Origin: Candidatus Staskawiczbacteria bacterium
GTDB taxonomy: Bacteria > Patescibacteriota > Minisyncoccia > Minisyncoccales > Staskawiczbacteraceae
Assembly (NCBI GenBank): GCA_026395215.1
Contig: JAPLZC010000005.1
Location: forward strand, 8,392 to 72,391
Length of the DNA: 64,000 nt
Direction: 5' to 3'
Shown here: piece by piece, positions 43,498 through 51,802 of the stretch
How the letters are laid out: each line of letters begins with the position of its first letter
Numbering within the stretch: the stretch's first letter is position 1
Program-made: the position numbers and the translations under genes
The notes under the pieces: generated by a model
Seen by the model: the letters and a program-made list of their open reading frames with translations, nothing else
Database searches by the model: none
What the model was told of the DNA's origin: nothing

Positions 43498-44238
43498 CTA
43501 CCTTGTCCGTCTATAAGCCCAACGAATGAAGCTTCTCCATGATTGGCTGTTCTTGTCTCTTCCCGCTTTTAGCCACTCGTTGTAGTAAGTGTACTCACCC
43601 GCTGTCAGCTGGACTTTGTACTTTTCAATGAGAGGCGCAAGGGTATTTTCGCACGTAAGCGCCCATACGTTAGCCTCCTCGTTAACCAGCTGGTCAAGGG
43701 GTTCAGGCTTATCGCCCTCCTTTGCTATGGTACCAAAAGCAAGATGGTCGAGTTCGTGCATAAAACCTATCACCAGCACAAATCTCATCCGCTCTCGCCA
43801 GCCCGAGGGATTCTTCCGCTGTTCGTCCTTACAGATGTCCAGCAGTTTGGGAATTATTATATCAACCGTTGGATGACCATTAGTGAAATAATTCCCACAC
43901 AGCACCTCCGTGCTCGCCCTACAATATGCAGTAACCATGTTTATTGCCAAGGTCGAACCGTAGCGCTGATAAATCAATTGTAAAGTTGAGTTGTACCTAT
44001 CCTGTATCTCAAAGATAGGATACTTGTTTAGAAGCAACTCTTGGTCAAACACTTGCTGAAAGTCGTTCGACCATGCGCACTGCATTTCTAAAACAGAATA
44101 TGCATGACGCGTAGACCTCCCCAGCGCAACGGCCGCGATCACAATAAAAATTGCAACCAACAAAGCCGTCCATCTCCACCGCCTTGCCGGCTTTACTGGG
44201 GTTGCAATCACCTTGCGTCTCCGGTCTCTCTTTTTCAT
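43498..44238 (-). CDS. Membrane-anchored HExxH protein (putative metallopeptidase-like), GC-rich
   Basis: N-terminal Arg-rich segment plus TM (WTALLVAIFIVIAAVAL). GFMHELDHLAF contains HExxH. TTGACA-17-TATTAA promoter at about 44300-44330. Confidence 0.5.
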   Translation of the reverse strand: MKKRDRRRKVIATPVKPARRWRWTALLVAIFIVIAAVALGRSTRHAYSVLEMQCAWSNDFQQVFDQELLLNKYPIFEIQDRYNSTLQLIYQRYGSTLAINMVTAYCRASTEVLCGNYFTNGHPTVDIIIPKLLDICKDEQRKNPSGWRERMRFVLVIGFMHELDHLAFGTIAKEGDKPEPLDQLVNEEANVWALTCENTLAPLIEKYKVQLTAGEYTYYNEWLKAGRDKNSQSWRSFIRWAYRRTR

Positions 44239-44435
44239 TGTCTTTCTCCTGTTGGAAAATTAAATACACTAAAGCCTAGTTTGGAAAGAGCATATCATTA
44301 ATACCATATTTACGCACCAATGTCAACACCAATCACAACCCCACTGAATTGACAAGATTGGGGTTTTATTGTAGGTTGATTAGTGTAGCATGGGGCTACT
44401 GATCATTCACAAACAACCAACAAAGGGACAAAGCA

Positions 44436-45059
44436 ATGAATAGGCTGTCATATCTTTGCGCTACTGCAATCATCGCCATTTCAATGGTGGGCTGCAGAAA
44501 TAAGGAAGAAATTATCACGGTAAATTGCACCGGTAAGTACTCTAGCGCAGATGTTCAAAGAGCGCTGCGTGTAGCATACAGGGTAAAATCAATGCCCATT
44601 AGCAAAGTCCAAGTAGGTGTAGTCAACACCCATATTGGCGCGTTAAAACAACCCTACTTCCCCGGCGCAGTTGGAACCGAAGGCGCGATTGTGACTTTTG
44701 ACGAAAAGGACAACCCTATCGTCGGAATTACAACGCGCGTTTTCATCCGTGAAACCGGCGAGCACTGCCAAGTACGGGAACTCACTTCTGCTGAATTGGC
44801 GGAGGCGTCAAAAGAGCTGAAGAAATTCTACCACACTACTTTAGATGGCAAAAGTCGACAAAGAATCAAGACAGTCGTCATCTTTAGCGATAACTTCAGG
44901 ACAGCAGCCTGCGAATCACTGCTAAACCTTCGAGAAGATTGTGACTATTATATGCAAGCGAGTTTAAAAACCAAAAACGCGAGCATCTTTAAGGAGCACG
45001 CGGGAGGGCAAACCCTTATTGCCGAAGAAAAGATTTACTACTCGGGATATTCACGTTAA
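44436..45059 (+). CDS. Lipoprotein, unknown function, GC-rich
   Basis: Lipobox AISMVGC. Terminator CCCGG..CCGGG plus T-run at about 45083-45118. Confidence 0.55.
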   Translation: MNRLSYLCATAIIAISMVGCRNKEEIITVNCTGKYSSADVQRALRVAYRVKSMPISKVQVGVVNTHIGALKQPYFPGAVGTEGAIVTFDEKDNPIVGITTRVFIRETGEHCQVRELTSAELAEASKELKKFYHTTLDGKSRQRIKTVVIFSDNFRTAACESLLNLREDCDYYMQASLKTKNASIFKEHAGGQTLIAEEKIYYSGYSR

Positions 45060-45120
45060 AACAAATTGCAAAAGCAACACCAACCCGGAAGTATAAATAT
45101 ACAACCGGGCTTTTTTTTAC

Positions 45121-45150
45121 AAAAAAAAGACGCTTATTTGATTCAGCGTC
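45121..45150 (-). terminator. Shared cassette terminator, copy R2
   Basis: Hairpin identical to R1 (GACGCTTATTTGATTCAGCGTC on plus), flanked by an A/T run. Confidence 0.7.
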
Positions 45151-45176
45151 ATGTTTGTTTCTTCTTTCTCGATAAA

Positions 45177-45608
45177 CTATCGAGAGATTCTGTCACTGGA
45201 GGCGGTGAACACGCCGTTTGTTTTTGCGTAGCCATCAATGGCCACAATGGCGTTGCGGGCTTCATCGAGGGAAACCAGCTTGTCCCACATAATTATTGCT
45301 CGGGCAAGCGTCTTAAAAAGAATCATCCCTTGAGGAGCAGCAAATATGCTGGGTATGCTGGGATATTCTCTGCAGATGAAAATCCCAACATTACTTGGCC
45401 CCAACTTCCACGAGTGGGCAGCAATTATCATCTTGCCCTTCCCGTCAGTGAAAGTACAGCCAATCATACACCCTTTATCTACGAGTGTGCCCCATTTGAC
45501 TGCGATGTCAAAAAGATCGAACAGATCCTTTGGGGTCAGCCCTACAAGCTCAAGTGGAACTTCCACTGGCTTAAAACTGAAAGAACTTACCGTTAAGTCG
45601 TGATTCAT
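45177..45608 (-). CDS. Hypothetical protein (143 aa), GC-rich
   Basis: AAAAGGAGGAC Shine-Dalgarno sequence before the ATG. No family recognised. Confidence 0.5.
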   Translation of the reverse strand: MNHDLTVSSFSFKPVEVPLELVGLTPKDLFDLFDIAVKWGTLVDKGCMIGCTFTDGKGKMIIAAHSWKLGPSNVGIFICREYPSIPSIFAAPQGMILFKTLARAIIMWDKLVSLDEARNAIVAIDGYAKTNGVFTASSDRISR

Positions 45609-45694
45609 ACAGTCCTCCTTTTCGAGTTACCACACATGCAATCAGGTTTATTTACACATTATAACTTTAACAATTTTTAGTCAATTAGTTTTGC

Positions 45695-45724
45695 AAAAAA
45701 AAGACGCTTATTTAATTCAGCGTC
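45695..45724 (-). terminator. Shared cassette terminator, copy R3
   Basis: GACGCTTATTTAATTCAGCGTC on plus, one loop substitution relative to R1/R2, followed by TTTTTTTTGCAAAA on minus. Confidence 0.7.
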
Positions 45725-45727
45725 ATA

Positions 45728-46429
45728 TCAAACTAGATTAAAAATTGCTTGAAGGTTGTTTACTACGTGCGTCGGCTTTTGTTGGTCATTTGTTGGCTCT
45801 ACTAAACCAAATTTCCCTTGCTTTACCCATATGGTAACAGTTCCGGCAAGATTCCCCGCAAGTATTTCTTCTTCCACCCTGTCGCCAACCACCGCAACTT
45901 CATGAGCTTCAAGTTGCATTCGTTTAAGGCAATGCTGAATGTGAAGTGTTTGCTTGTTGCCCTCAATCAGCAGAATGTGTGGAAATAATTTATCCAAGCC
46001 CAATGAATTCACCAGTTCAATTCTGTCGGAAGCTGACTTTTTGCACAAAAGCGTCAGCTTATATCCCGATGACTTTAACGCCTCCAACAATCCCAACGCG
46101 CCAGGAATCAATTTCCCGCTGTCTGGATCATAAAGAGTTCTGTTAAAGTCAAAAATTACGCCTTTCAACTTCACACGTCTTAATTCTTCTGCAAAGAATT
46201 CCTTGAAGGCTTCCACAATTTCTGAGGGTTCTTTTTCAAGATCTTGAGAGACCTTGATCCCTGTCTCGCGTTCATAAATTATGGCCAGTTTTGGTAAAAA
46301 CCAAGCATAGTAATCTCTGATTTCAGATGGGCGGAATTTCAACGTGCGCATAATTCTACGCTTGATTTCGAGATCATCCAGCCCACTATTCACCCGTTGC
46401 ACTATCCAAGTTTTGAAGTTTTGGTCCAT
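45728..46429 (-). CDS. HAD-superfamily hydrolase with N-terminal helical extension, GC-rich
   Basis: ATG 46429 comes after the AAAGGGGGAC Shine-Dalgarno sequence. VIFDFNRTLYD (motif I), LCKKS, and VVGDRVEEEI (motif IV-like). Confidence 0.6.
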   Translation of the reverse strand: MDQNFKTWIVQRVNSGLDDLEIKRRIMRTLKFRPSEIRDYYAWFLPKLAIIYERETGIKVSQDLEKEPSEIVEAFKEFFAEELRRVKLKGVIFDFNRTLYDPDSGKLIPGALGLLEALKSSGYKLTLLCKKSASDRIELVNSLGLDKLFPHILLIEGNKQTLHIQHCLKRMQLEAHEVAVVGDRVEEEILAGNLAGTVTIWVKQGKFGLVEPTNDQQKPTHVVNNLQAIFNLV

Positions 46430-46531
46430 TGCTAGTCCCCCTTTGTAAATGAGCGTTTTGTTCAAGAAAACGGTTTGTTCACTCACTGTTTATATTACTA
46501 ATAACTACGCTTTTGTCAATCAAAATTTTGC

Positions 46532-46561
46532 AAAAAAAAGACGCTTACTTTATTCAGCGCC
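46532..46561 (-). terminator. Shared cassette terminator, copy R4
   Basis: Minus strand reads GGCGCTGAATAAAGTAAGCGTC followed by T8 and GCAAAATTTTG. A G.U wobble in the minus sense supports minus-strand function. Confidence 0.65.
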
Positions 46562-46593
46562 ATACTTGTGCAAAAAAACTTTGTGTTTACAGG

Positions 46594-46809
46594 CTACTGC
46601 TTGTCCACCCAGACTTTGTTGACCCACGAGCCACAACGGTCTTGGGGATTTGCATGTCCCGGACAGTCGTGCGCTTGGCAATGGTAAATGCGCTTTACCT
46701 TGGGCCGAGCAGGCGCTGGCTGAGTTGAGCCTTTGTCGCCAGTGCCGGCGCATCCGGCAACCACAACTGCCACGCAACCCGCCATCAAAAAGACCACTAG
46801 CCTTTTCAT
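46594..46809 (-). CDS. Small lipoprotein (71 aa), GC-rich
   Basis: ATG 46809 gives MKRLVVFLMAGCVAVVVAGCAG (lipobox). C-terminus reads HCQAHDCPGH. Confidence 0.5.
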   Translation of the reverse strand: MKRLVVFLMAGCVAVVVAGCAGTGDKGSTQPAPARPKVKRIYHCQAHDCPGHANPQDRCGSWVNKVWVDKQ

Positions 46810-46831
46810 TGTTTTTTCCCTTTCTTGTTTG

Positions 46832-46996
46832 TCAAAGAGCAAGTGTTTGTTCCTTGCCCACATCTTGTGGATTAATTTCTCCAACAAAAGCCAGATTATC
46901 GCACTTCGGGCAAATTGCTAAGCACCCGTCACCAAAGGGTTCTAGTTTCACCACAACGGTTTTGTGACAAATCAGACATTCCACTTCCTTCATCAT
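46832..46996 (-). CDS. 54-aa zinc-ribbon micro-protein
   Basis: AAGGAGG Shine-Dalgarno sequence. By-eye translation gives MMKEVECLICHKTVVVKLEPFGDGCLAICPKCDNLAFVGEINPQDVGKEQTLAL*. The stop lies inside the GCTCTTTGACA box. Confidence 0.45.
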   Translation of the reverse strand: MMKEVECLICHKTVVVKLEPFGDGCLAICPKCDNLAFVGEINPQDVGKEQTLAL

Positions 46997-47169
46997 CTCA
47001 ATTCTCCTCCTTACCTGCCAAATCCCTACCCGTCAAAGAACACCGTGCTCTCTGTAATTTAAGCCTACTCCTAACTAGCACTTTGTCAACTCTGCCGGCA
47101 GACAGGCCAAAACCGCCACACTCCTAAACCACAGGGTTTCCAAGGAAGGGGTTTGGGGGATAAAAAAAT

Positions 47170-47373
47170 ATGAAAATAACTTCAATAGACTGGGTCGCGC
47201 TTGTACTGACAATTATCGGCGGACTCAACTGGGGCTTGGTAGGATTGTTCAATTACAATTTGGTTGATGGAATTTTTGGCGTTGCGTCTGTAATTTCAAA
47301 CATAATTTACATACTGGTTGGACTTTCTGCAATCTGGCTTATTTACGTGGTAACAAAAATGTCCAAACAATAA
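47170..47373 (+). CDS. DUF378-family small membrane protein
   Basis: IDWVALVLTIIGGLNWGLVGLF..VISNIIYILVGLSAIW. Confidence 0.75.
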   Translation: MKITSIDWVALVLTIIGGLNWGLVGLFNYNLVDGIFGVASVISNIIYILVGLSAIWLIYVVTKMSKQ

Positions 47374-47394
47374 TCTGCGACATATTTTGTCCCC

Positions 47395-47431
47395 AAAAAA
47401 CCGCCTCCAGCCTAGCTCGGGACGGTTTTTT
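47395..47431 (+). terminator. 37-nt terminator-like direct repeat, copy 1
   Basis: AAAAAACCGCCTCCAGCCTAGCTCGGGACGGTTTTTT, identical to 48060-48096. Confidence 0.7.
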
Positions 47432-47470
47432 GTATTTGACATTAGCGTTTGTTATTGATAAAGTAGAAAT

Positions 47471-47806
47471 ATGAATTACAAAAATACATTAAAAAGCGGA
47501 AGGGTAAGACATATAATTTTTAAAGATGGCGATACCTGGTATGGCGTGGCTTTAGAATTTAATATTGTGGAAGAGGGAGATAGTCCGCAAGAAGTAATTA
47601 ATTTATTATTTGAGGCAATACAAGGATATGTAGAAACCGCCCAAAAATTGAAGATGCGACCAATGCCATTGAACCAAAAACCCGATAAAGAATACCAGGA
47701 ATTATGGGATAAAATAGAAAAATCAGAGAGAGAAAAAACTGAAGCTCCAAAAAACGTATTTAATTTCGGATATACCCCAATTAAGCCCTGCGCTATGGCT
47801 TACTAA
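47471..47806 (+). CDS. hicB: HicB-like antitoxin
   Basis: ..DGDTWYGVALEFNIVEEGDSPQEVINLLFEAIQGYVETA... Lies 2 nt upstream of the hicA-like gene. Confidence 0.65.
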   Translation: MNYKNTLKSGRVRHIIFKDGDTWYGVALEFNIVEEGDSPQEVINLLFEAIQGYVETAQKLKMRPMPLNQKPDKEYQELWDKIEKSEREKTEAPKNVFNFGYTPIKPCAMAY

Positions 47807-47808
47807 AT

Positions 47809-48039
47809 ATGGCAAAAAGTGTATTTAATTGGACATTCAGTGATGTAGAAAAATTATTAAGAGAAAACCACTTCTCTCTTTCTAATATCAAAGGAAGCCA
47901 TTATTATTACACTGGAAATTATGGTCATCAGCCAAGAATCGTACAAGTTCCACGCCATAGTTCAAAATCGTTAAAACCAAGAACATTCAAGGCAATAGTG
48001 AAACAATCAGGAATACCCCTCAAAATCTGGTTGGAGTAA
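47809..48039 (+). CDS. hicA: HicA-like toxin
   Basis: ..LLRENHFSLSNIKGSHYYYTG..VQVPRHSSKSLKPRTFKAIVKQSGI... Confidence 0.7.
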   Translation: MAKSVFNWTFSDVEKLLRENHFSLSNIKGSHYYYTGNYGHQPRIVQVPRHSSKSLKPRTFKAIVKQSGIPLKIWLE

Positions 48040-48059
48040 CATAAAACTTAACTCAAACA

Positions 48060-48096
48060 AAAAAACCGCCTCCAGCCTAGCTCGGGACGGTTTTTT
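48060..48096 (+). terminator. 37-nt terminator-like direct repeat, copy 2
   Basis: Identical to 47395-47431. Confidence 0.7.
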
Positions 48097-48118
48097 AGTT
48101 TACCAACAAAAATTTTGC

Positions 48119-48158
48119 AAAAAAAATCCGCCGGGAGAAGTACACTTCTAACGGCGGT
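48119..48158 (-). terminator. Cassette terminator variant R5
   Basis: Minus strand reads CCGCCG..AGAAGT-GTA-CTTCT..CGGCGG followed by T8 and GCAAAATTTTTG. Confidence 0.6.
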
Positions 48159-48186
48159 CTATGAAATTAGTTTAGAACAACTGTGT

Positions 48187-49542
48187 CTATTCGACCAATT
48201 CCTTATTCGGGAACATTGCCAGCGCTTCTGCTGTTGTGCTGGCCATACCGGCTCGGCGCAAGGCTTCGGCAGCTGCGCCAGCCTGTGTAGCCAGTCCGGC
48301 AAAAGGCGGTACAACCGCAGTAATGCCGTGCATTTTCAGCGCCTTCAAGATGGCTATATTTTCCGCAAATCCGCCGACAATAGCCACCTCGCTCGGCATA
48401 GGCACACCAAGCGCCGTCGCCGCCTTAGTTAAACCATCTTTGCATTTAGTTGCGATGGTGTTGACCATACCAGCTAATGCCTGAGTTTCTAATCCTTTGG
48501 CCATCCCCAATGCCGATTTAGCGAAAAGCTCAGGTTCCAGCTTCAACATTTCATCATCAAAAACAAGCCTGGTTTCCACAATTTCGCTAATACTGGTAAG
48601 TGCTAACCTTGCCGCCCGCTCGTAGCTAATCTCGCCGTTGGCGTTCATTAACGCTTTGTACAGCGGCCCGTGCCTACCAATGTTAGAAATGGCCGACAGT
48701 CCATTGTTGGGCATGGCCTCAAAGACCAACCCGGCGTTAAAAGTTTTCTCGCCCGGTACAATTCCGTCGCCAGCTGTCACCTTGCGAAAAACTCCATACC
48801 AGCTTCCAGTCCACAAACCCCACGTGGCAAAATCTCGCGCCAGCGGAGAGTCGTGAGTGCAGGGAACAACATATGCGCCATTCCCAATTTCCAAAAGCTG
48901 GTCATGACCAAACAACGGCCAAATCGGCGCGAACTGACCATGATGGCCACAGTCAAAATAAAGGTTCACCAACTTAGAAGTTGGAGCTTTTGCACCCTGG
49001 TCATGCAACATTGCTTGGTCGTGACCCTGTTGGCCACTCAATTGCAAAGTAATCCAATCGGCCAAAGGAACTACTGCCAACGGGTACCTATTACAAGTAC
49101 TATTTCGCCAAAAATGGCTACTAAATATCATCTGATAAAACTCCGGATGAACATGGCCCATTAACCGCGACCATTCATGAGCGGGAATTCCAGATTCTTG
49201 GATTAACCTCTTGGCAAAATCATCCGGTACCGACCGATAGTGCGCCACCGGACCAATAATTCTACCCGCCCACAAATGCACTACGTCGGCGCCCCACATT
49301 GCTGGAGCAATAACCGTTCCGGGTGTTGCCATTGCTTTGACCTCGGCCAAAAGGTTCTTGAGCCAATCCATTGGCCACACATATTTAGCCCAACCGTTTT
49401 TTTCCCACGGAACATCCTTATTCCAGATGAGCCGATATCCATTTCCCACCACAAACTCATAAAGTGCAACACCCCCCTTACCGAGTGGACCACCACTGGC
49501 ACCAAACACTAGCACCAAAACTCGCACAACTTGTACTGACAT
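48187..49542 (-). CDS. FGGY-family (rhamnulokinase-like) sugar kinase homolog, GC-rich
   Basis: VLVFGASGGPLG N-terminal phosphate loop, MWGADVVH, and C-terminal AIVGGFAENIAILK (the GG..N motif of FGGY_C). Confidence 0.55.
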   Translation of the reverse strand: MSVQVVRVLVLVFGASGGPLGKGGVALYEFVVGNGYRLIWNKDVPWEKNGWAKYVWPMDWLKNLLAEVKAMATPGTVIAPAMWGADVVHLWAGRIIGPVAHYRSVPDDFAKRLIQESGIPAHEWSRLMGHVHPEFYQMIFSSHFWRNSTCNRYPLAVVPLADWITLQLSGQQGHDQAMLHDQGAKAPTSKLVNLYFDCGHHGQFAPIWPLFGHDQLLEIGNGAYVVPCTHDSPLARDFATWGLWTGSWYGVFRKVTAGDGIVPGEKTFNAGLVFEAMPNNGLSAISNIGRHGPLYKALMNANGEISYERAARLALTSISEIVETRLVFDDEMLKLEPELFAKSALGMAKGLETQALAGMVNTIATKCKDGLTKAATALGVPMPSEVAIVGGFAENIAILKALKMHGITAVVPPFAGLATQAGAAAEALRRAGMASTTAEALAMFPNKELVE

Positions 49543-49597
49543 GACTGTTCCCCTTTTCTTTTTCTTATGTCAAAGAGCACCTTACTCTTTGTAATTG

Positions 49598-49626
49598 TAT
49601 ATTACTAATAATCGCAGTTTTGTCAA
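49598..49626 (-). promoter_or_regulatory. Cassette promoter
   Basis: Minus strand reads TTGACA (49621-49626), 17 nt spacer, AATATA. It is followed by the leader hairpin CAAAGAG-TAAGGTG-CTCTTTG (49571-49591) and the GCTCTTTGACA box (49568-49578). Confidence 0.6.
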
Positions 49627-49707
49627 CTCTGCCTACGGCAGACAGGCAAAAACCCCGCGAGAGCGAGGTCTTTGATTACGAAAATATTTTAGTTCTGTTT
49701 CCGAACG

Positions 49708-51687
49708 TTAGATTAAGAATGCCACGATTAAAAGTGCAACAATATTAAGCACTTTGATCATTGGGTTAATGGCTGGGCCGGCGGTGTCTTTGTAAGGGTC
49801 GCCAACGGTGTCACCGGTGACGGCGGCGGCGTGGGCAAAACTGCCTTTACCTCCAAAGGCACCACCCTCAATATATTTCTTAGCGTTGTCCCAAGCGGCT
49901 CCTCCGGTTGTCATAGAAATTCCAACAAATATTCCTGTAACAATTGCTCCAATTAACATTCCACCCAAAGCTTCCACTCCCAAAATTTTACCAACCAAGA
50001 TTGGAGCCAAAACTGGGATAAGGGCAGGCAATAACATTTCTTTAATTGCAGCCGCTGTTACTATATCTACGCATTTTCCATATTCTGGTTTGGCGGTTCC
50101 TTCCATTAAACCTGCAATATTTTTAAATTGTCTTCTTACTTCTTCAACAACCTTTCCGGCTGTTTTCCCAACTGCTCCCATTAAGAATGAGGCAAACAAA
50201 TAAGGAAGCAAACCTCCAATTAACAAACCAGCAATAACATAAGAGTTTGTTAATGAAAAGTTGATTGCTCCGTTTACGCTGACCTCTTCAACATATGCAG
50301 AGAACAAAACCAAAGCGGCCAATCCTGCAGAAGCAATGGCATATCCTTTGGTAACTGCTTTTGTTGTATTTCCAACGGCGTCCAAGGCGTCTGTAATTTT
50401 TCTGACGTCTTCTGGCATTCCAGACATTTCGGCAATTCCACCGGCGTTGTCTGTAATTGGGCCATAAGCATCAACTCCCACAACAATTCCGGCAATTGAA
50501 AGCATTGCCACAACAGCTAAGGCTACTCCATAAATTCCTGCCAACCAAAAGCTTAAAATTGTTCCCAAGGCAATTAACAAAACCGGGTAAGCGGTAGATT
50601 GCATTCCAATCCCCAACCCCCTAATAATGTTTGTAGCATGTCCTGTTTCTGAAGCCTTGGCAATTGATTTTACTGGAGAAAAATCTTTTGATGTGTACCA
50701 CTCTGTAATAACAAACATTCCAACGGCAATTACCAATCCAACCAATGTTGCAAAGTACAGTCTGACTGCCGGAATTGCTTGTCCTGCCATTAATTTTATA
50801 ATAACAGGGTAGAAAGCAATTGCCGACAAAATTACTGTAGCCGCCAATCCTTTATACATAGAACCCATTATATTTTGCTTCTTTCCAAGTCTTACAAAGA
50901 AGCTTCCAACAATAGATGTTAAAACCGAAATGCTTCCCAAAATTAATGGCAATAATACAAACTGAATAGAGGTTGGAAATAGCAAAGCTCCCAAAATCAT
51001 AGCTGCCACTGTTGAAACTGCGTATGTCTCAAAAATGTCAGCTGCCATACCGGCGCAATCCCCCACGTTGTCTCCAACTTGGTCTGCAATAACTGCCGGA
51101 TTTCTTGGGTCGTCCTCAGGAATACCTTTTTCAACTTTACCAACAAGGTCAGCTCCCACGTCTGCTGCCTTTGTGTAAATTCCTCCACCAATTCTGGCAA
51201 ATACAGAAATTAAGCTAGCTCCAAATCCAAGAGCTACCAAGCCTTCAATTCCTGTTAATAAATAATATCCTGAGACTGCCAATAGTCCCAAAGAAACTAC
51301 CATTAAACCTGTAATTAATCCACCTTTAAATGAAATATCCAATGCTTTTGCCAAACCTTTTTTTGCGGCTTCAGCCACTCTTGTGTTTGCTTGTGTAGAA
51401 ACAATCATTCCAATAAATCCCGACACTCCGCTCAAAATTGCTCCAATGGCAAAACCAATGGCAATTTTCCAGCCCATAATAAATAACAAAAGAAAAATAA
51501 CAACTCCAACCATGGCAATTGTCTTATACTGTCTTTTTAAGTAAGACATTGCTCCTTCTTGTACTGCTGCTGTAATTGCCAAAGCTTTGTCCCCGGCAAC
51601 TGGCGCCTTTTTAATTTGCGAAACCATATACCACACAAACGCTATCGCAAACAACGACACTATTATCGGATAATATATTAACTGCAT
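49708..51687 (-). CDS. hppA: Membrane-bound proton/sodium-translocating pyrophosphatase
   Basis: 659 aa, multi-TM, with [33 protein letters not shown] and [14 protein letters not shown]. Confidence 0.95.
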   Translation of the reverse strand: MQLIYYPIIVSLFAIAFVWYMVSQIKKAPVAGDKALAITAAVQEGAMSYLKRQYKTIAMVGVVIFLLLFIMGWKIAIGFAIGAILSGVSGFIGMIVSTQANTRVAEAAKKGLAKALDISFKGGLITGLMVVSLGLLAVSGYYLLTGIEGLVALGFGASLISVFARIGGGIYTKAADVGADLVGKVEKGIPEDDPRNPAVIADQVGDNVGDCAGMAADIFETYAVSTVAAMILGALLFPTSIQFVLLPLILGSISVLTSIVGSFFVRLGKKQNIMGSMYKGLAATVILSAIAFYPVIIKLMAGQAIPAVRLYFATLVGLVIAVGMFVITEWYTSKDFSPVKSIAKASETGHATNIIRGLGIGMQSTAYPVLLIALGTILSFWLAGIYGVALAVVAMLSIAGIVVGVDAYGPITDNAGGIAEMSGMPEDVRKITDALDAVGNTTKAVTKGYAIASAGLAALVLFSAYVEEVSVNGAINFSLTNSYVIAGLLIGGLLPYLFASFLMGAVGKTAGKVVEEVRRQFKNIAGLMEGTAKPEYGKCVDIVTAAAIKEMLLPALIPVLAPILVGKILGVEALGGMLIGAIVTGIFVGISMTTGGAAWDNAKKYIEGGAFGGKGSFAHAAAVTGDTVGDPYKDTAGPAINPMIKVLNIVALLIVAFLI

Positions 51688-51694
51688 TTTTGCT

Positions 51695-51790
51695 GATTTT
51701 CACGGATTTCATAACGGATTTTCACGGATCACAGATTTTATTTATCCGTGATATTGTGTAAATCCATAATTAATCTGTGTAAATCTGTTA
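51695..51790. repeat. ACGGATTT/ACAGATTT oligomer cluster in inverted halves
   Basis: Left half carries CACGGATTT, AACGGATTT and CACGGATCACAGATTT. Right half carries ATCCGTGAT, AAATCC, AATCTGTGTAAATCTGT. Confidence 0.6.
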
Positions 51791-51802
51791 ATTAACTATT
51801 AA

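Noticed and set aside
43438-48158. Repeated hairpins after each island-C gene considered as integron attC sites
   Set aside because: No intI-like integrase is present in the window. Each cassette has its own strong promoter. The hairpins are short perfect stems followed by T-runs, which makes them terminators, and they lack recognisable R''/R' GTTRRRY-type cores. A cassette-exchange idea is kept only as an inference.
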